A stretch of 64,000 bases of DNA. It comes from Macrostomum hystrix. Its lineage: Eukaryota; Animalia; Platyhelminthes. The stretch is taken from the NCBI GenBank assembly GCA_950097015.1, contig CATNEN010000010.1:2046001-2110000 (forward strand), given 5' to 3'. Both the position numbers and the translations under genes were made by a program. Within the stretch, counting starts at the first letter, position 1. Each line of letters begins with the position of its first letter. Of this stretch, positions 62,401 to 64,000 are shown one piece after another. Below the pieces are notes generated by a model. That model saw nothing but the letters and a program-made list of their open reading frames with translations, searched no databases and was not told where the DNA came from.

Positions 62401-63048
62401 CTGTTCACTAAAACAACTATTCACTAAAACACCTGTTCACTAAAACACCTGTTCACTAAAACACCTGTTCACTAAAACACCTGTTCACTAAAACACCTGT
62501 TCACTAAAACACCTGTCCACTAAAAGACTGGTTGTCGCAAGGTCTATTCGTGATCTCGATACACAATGATTCCTTGCCAATCTAAGGCTAAAACTAAGAT
62601 CAGATCGCAGCTACAAATGAGAAAGCAAATGCTAAACTGAGCTTCGCATGAAAAGTACAGAGAAGAGAATGCTACGCATGCCTGACTCCGCCTATTCTAG
62701 GCAAGCTGTGCCGACTTCGGTAGCGCAGACAGACGGGCAATTAGGGCCCCAGCCAGTTGGGGTAAGACGCCAGTCACTGTCACCAAAGAGAATCAAATTA
62801 CACTTCCCACTGACCCTGCCTCTCGACTCTATCTGATCCCGACATCGTGAAGATCGCGTTAAAAATGCTTCAAATGAGTTCTCATCCACCTAAATGACTT
62901 GAGTGCATTCTCAAAAATGTGTTCTCAGCTGCTTTACCGACAATCTCTCCGGACATGAACAGCAGGCAGAGCCCGCTGGCGATCAGCAGCTTCTTCCTGG
63001 CCTGAGTGTCCACGCTGGCGGTCTGCTCGACGCCTCCGTGACAGTGGT
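52347..63048 (-). CDS. SLC30A2: Zinc transporter, ZnT2/3/8 clade (SLC30A, CDF family), 5' end not located; exons 63048-62938, 62194-62048, 61556-61403, 59185-58942, 54472-54232, 52507-52347
   Basis: ARKKLLIASGLCLLFMSGEIVGG, SLAIMTDAAHLLTDFASF, RPATKSMSFGWHRAEVVGAL, His-rich loop HQHGHSHSH, NLNVRAAFIHVVGDLIQSVGV, DPICTFIFS, HNLRMWSLT, EVTIQLE. HxxxD/HxxxD Zn site is intact. The symbol indicates the closest clade, not strict orthology. Confidence 0.93.
54646..55100. repeat. 45-bp minisatellite (CTAATTGTGATGGAGTTGTGTTAAAATGAGAACTGTTCAAACAAA)
   Basis: 10 perfect copies. Confidence 0.96.
56126..56310. repeat. (CA)n-type compound microsatellite
   Basis: CACA/CTCA tract. Confidence 0.95.
56610..56925. 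repeat. 22-bp minisatellite (ATGTTCCTCTCACCCATCTCCA)
   Basis: About 14 copies. Confidence 0.95.
57568..57955. repeat. 22-bp minisatellite (ATATTTCTCAYATCTTCCTCAG)
   Basis: About 17 copies. Confidence 0.95.
58376..58925. repeat. 11-bp minisatellite (CTCATGGACTT)
   Basis: About 50 copies starting about 16 nt from the donor at 58941. Confidence 0.96.
59209..59483. repeat. (AAT)n microsatellite
   Basis: About 275 bp, contiguous with a SINE tail. Confidence 0.96.
59484..59645 (-). mobile_element. Family A SINE, internally deleted
   Basis: Reverse complement: GGTCGGTGGCAGAACGGTTAACACG...CTCGCACACAGGTCCCT joined directly to the 3' body GTGTGTGCTCAGGAGTCAG...CAGCCCTCCTGTAATTATT. Confidence 0.7.
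59643..60198. repeat. 20-bp minisatellite (GACTCCTCCTGACACACYCT)
   Basis: About 28 copies. Confidence 0.95.
60772..61365. repeat. ~31-bp variable minisatellite (CCTCCACCTCAGGTACKTCAGTATGTCMTTC)
   Basis: About 20 copies, some with internal deletions. Confidence 0.92.
61825..61975. repeat. 16-bp pyrimidine repeat (CTTCTTCCCCTTCCGT)
   Basis: About 9 copies. Confidence 0.85.
62362..62525. repeat. 17-bp minisatellite (AAAACACCTGTTCACTA)
   Basis: About 9 copies. Confidence 0.92.
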
Positions 63049-63109
63049 CTGCGGACAGGTGCGGCAATGGAGAGCGACCATTGGGACACAAACTATTAAA
63101 GGCAATTAG

Positions 63110-63410
63110 ACCCAATGAGATGAGAACCACCCAATGCGATGAGAACCACCCAATGAGATGAGAACCACCCAATGGGATGAGAACCACCCAATGAGATGAG
63201 AACCACCCAATGAGATGAGAACCACCCAATTAGATGAGAACCACCCAATGAGATGAGAACCACCCAATGAGATGAGAACCACCCAATGAGATGAGAACCA
63301 CCCAATGAGATGAGAACCACCCAATGAGATGAGAACCACCCAATTAGATGAGAACCACCCAATGAGATGAGAACCGCCCAATTAGATGAGAACCAACCAA
63401 TGGGATGAGA
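63110..63410. repeat. 19-bp minisatellite (CAATGAGATGAGAACCACC)
   Basis: About 16 copies. Confidence 0.93.
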
Positions 63411-63469
63411 ACTGCCCGATTAGTACTAATAGATGAGAACTACCTGATAAGAACTACATGATTAGAAAT

Positions 63470-63790
63470 GCCTGATGAGAACTGCCTGATGAGAACTGCC
63501 TGATGAGAACTGCCTGATGAGAACTGCCTGATGAGAACTGCCTGATGAGAACTGCCTGATGAGAACTGCCTGATGAGAACTGCCTGATGAGAACTGCCTG
63601 ATGAGAACTGCCTGATGAAAACTGCCTGATGAGAACTGCCTGATGAAAACTGCCTGATGAAAACTGCTGAGAAATAACTGATGAGAACTAACTGATGAGA
63701 ACTAACTGATGAGAACTAACTGATGAGAACTAACTGATGAGAACTAACTGATGAGAACTAACTGATGAGAACTAACTGATGAGAACTGCC
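63470..63790. repeat. 14-bp minisatellite, two blocks (CTGATGAGAACTGC then CTGATGAGAACTAA)
   Basis: About 22 copies; shares ATGAGAAC with the adjacent 19-bp array. Confidence 0.93.
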
Positions 63791-64000
63791 TCACAACAAA
63801 ATCAGCTGAATCAGAGCTTCCTCAAACCAAGTAGGCCCCCCAAACAACTCTTGCGTGATCCATTTGACTTTCCGGCATCGAGGCTCTGACCCAGATGGAG
63901 CCCAGAATTTCTAAAGTGCTCAAAATTTGATTGACGGCACGTTGCAGCTGCAGATCCCATCCATCCCATCCATCCCATCCATCCCCATGAAACATTTAAG

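Noticed and set aside
15442-63381. Long ORFs over tandem arrays (for example 20633-21796, 29976-30707, 37866-38843, 39461-40234, 40198-41199, 58340-59389, 59367-60200, 60797-61498)
   Set aside because: Their periodic translations simply reflect stop-free repeat units, and most lie inside introns of recognised genes
1-64000. Functional link between Argonaute and the neighbouring dsRNA-forming repeats, or an operon-like cluster
   Set aside because: Adjacency alone is not evidence; the genes have unrelated functions and mixed orientation, and no spliced-leader RNA gene was recognised

Overview
Intron-rich eukaryotic genomic DNA: GC-rich exons, AT-rich spacers, and many introns filled by their own minisatellite. 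This style and the peptide gene suggest a free-living flatworm such as Macrostomum (inference only). Exon chains were rebuilt by hand from GT-AG boundaries and phase. Genes from left to right: (1) the 5' part of a miRNA-class Argonaute (minus strand; N, L1, PAZ and L2 regions, the rest lies beyond the left edge); (2) MCCC2 (plus; first exon not located); (3) a short PDCD7/U11-59K-like gene (plus); (4) an unrecognised multi-exon gene (minus); (5) a neuropeptide precursor encoding 7x GAYYGLL-amide plus three related amidated peptides (plus); (6) a 14-exon hillarin/KY-like gene with two tandem transglutaminase-like modules, both lacking the catalytic Cys (minus); (7) a ZnT2-like (SLC30A) zinc transporter (minus, 5' end not located). 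Mobile DNA: a decayed piggyBac, two TIR-bounded non-autonomous elements and two tRNA-derived SINE families. About 30 distinct tandem arrays are present, including a 4.5-kb 17-bp satellite. I cannot demonstrate a new system from sequence alone. The best leads are the neuropeptide gene (a nucleotide-perfect coding VNTR bracketed by inverted arrays of the same satellite), intronic minisatellites anchored next to splice donors with a recurrent GATCCC core, the doubled pseudo-transglutaminase, and the orphan gene. Most long ORFs in the supplied track are translation artefacts of tandem repeats.
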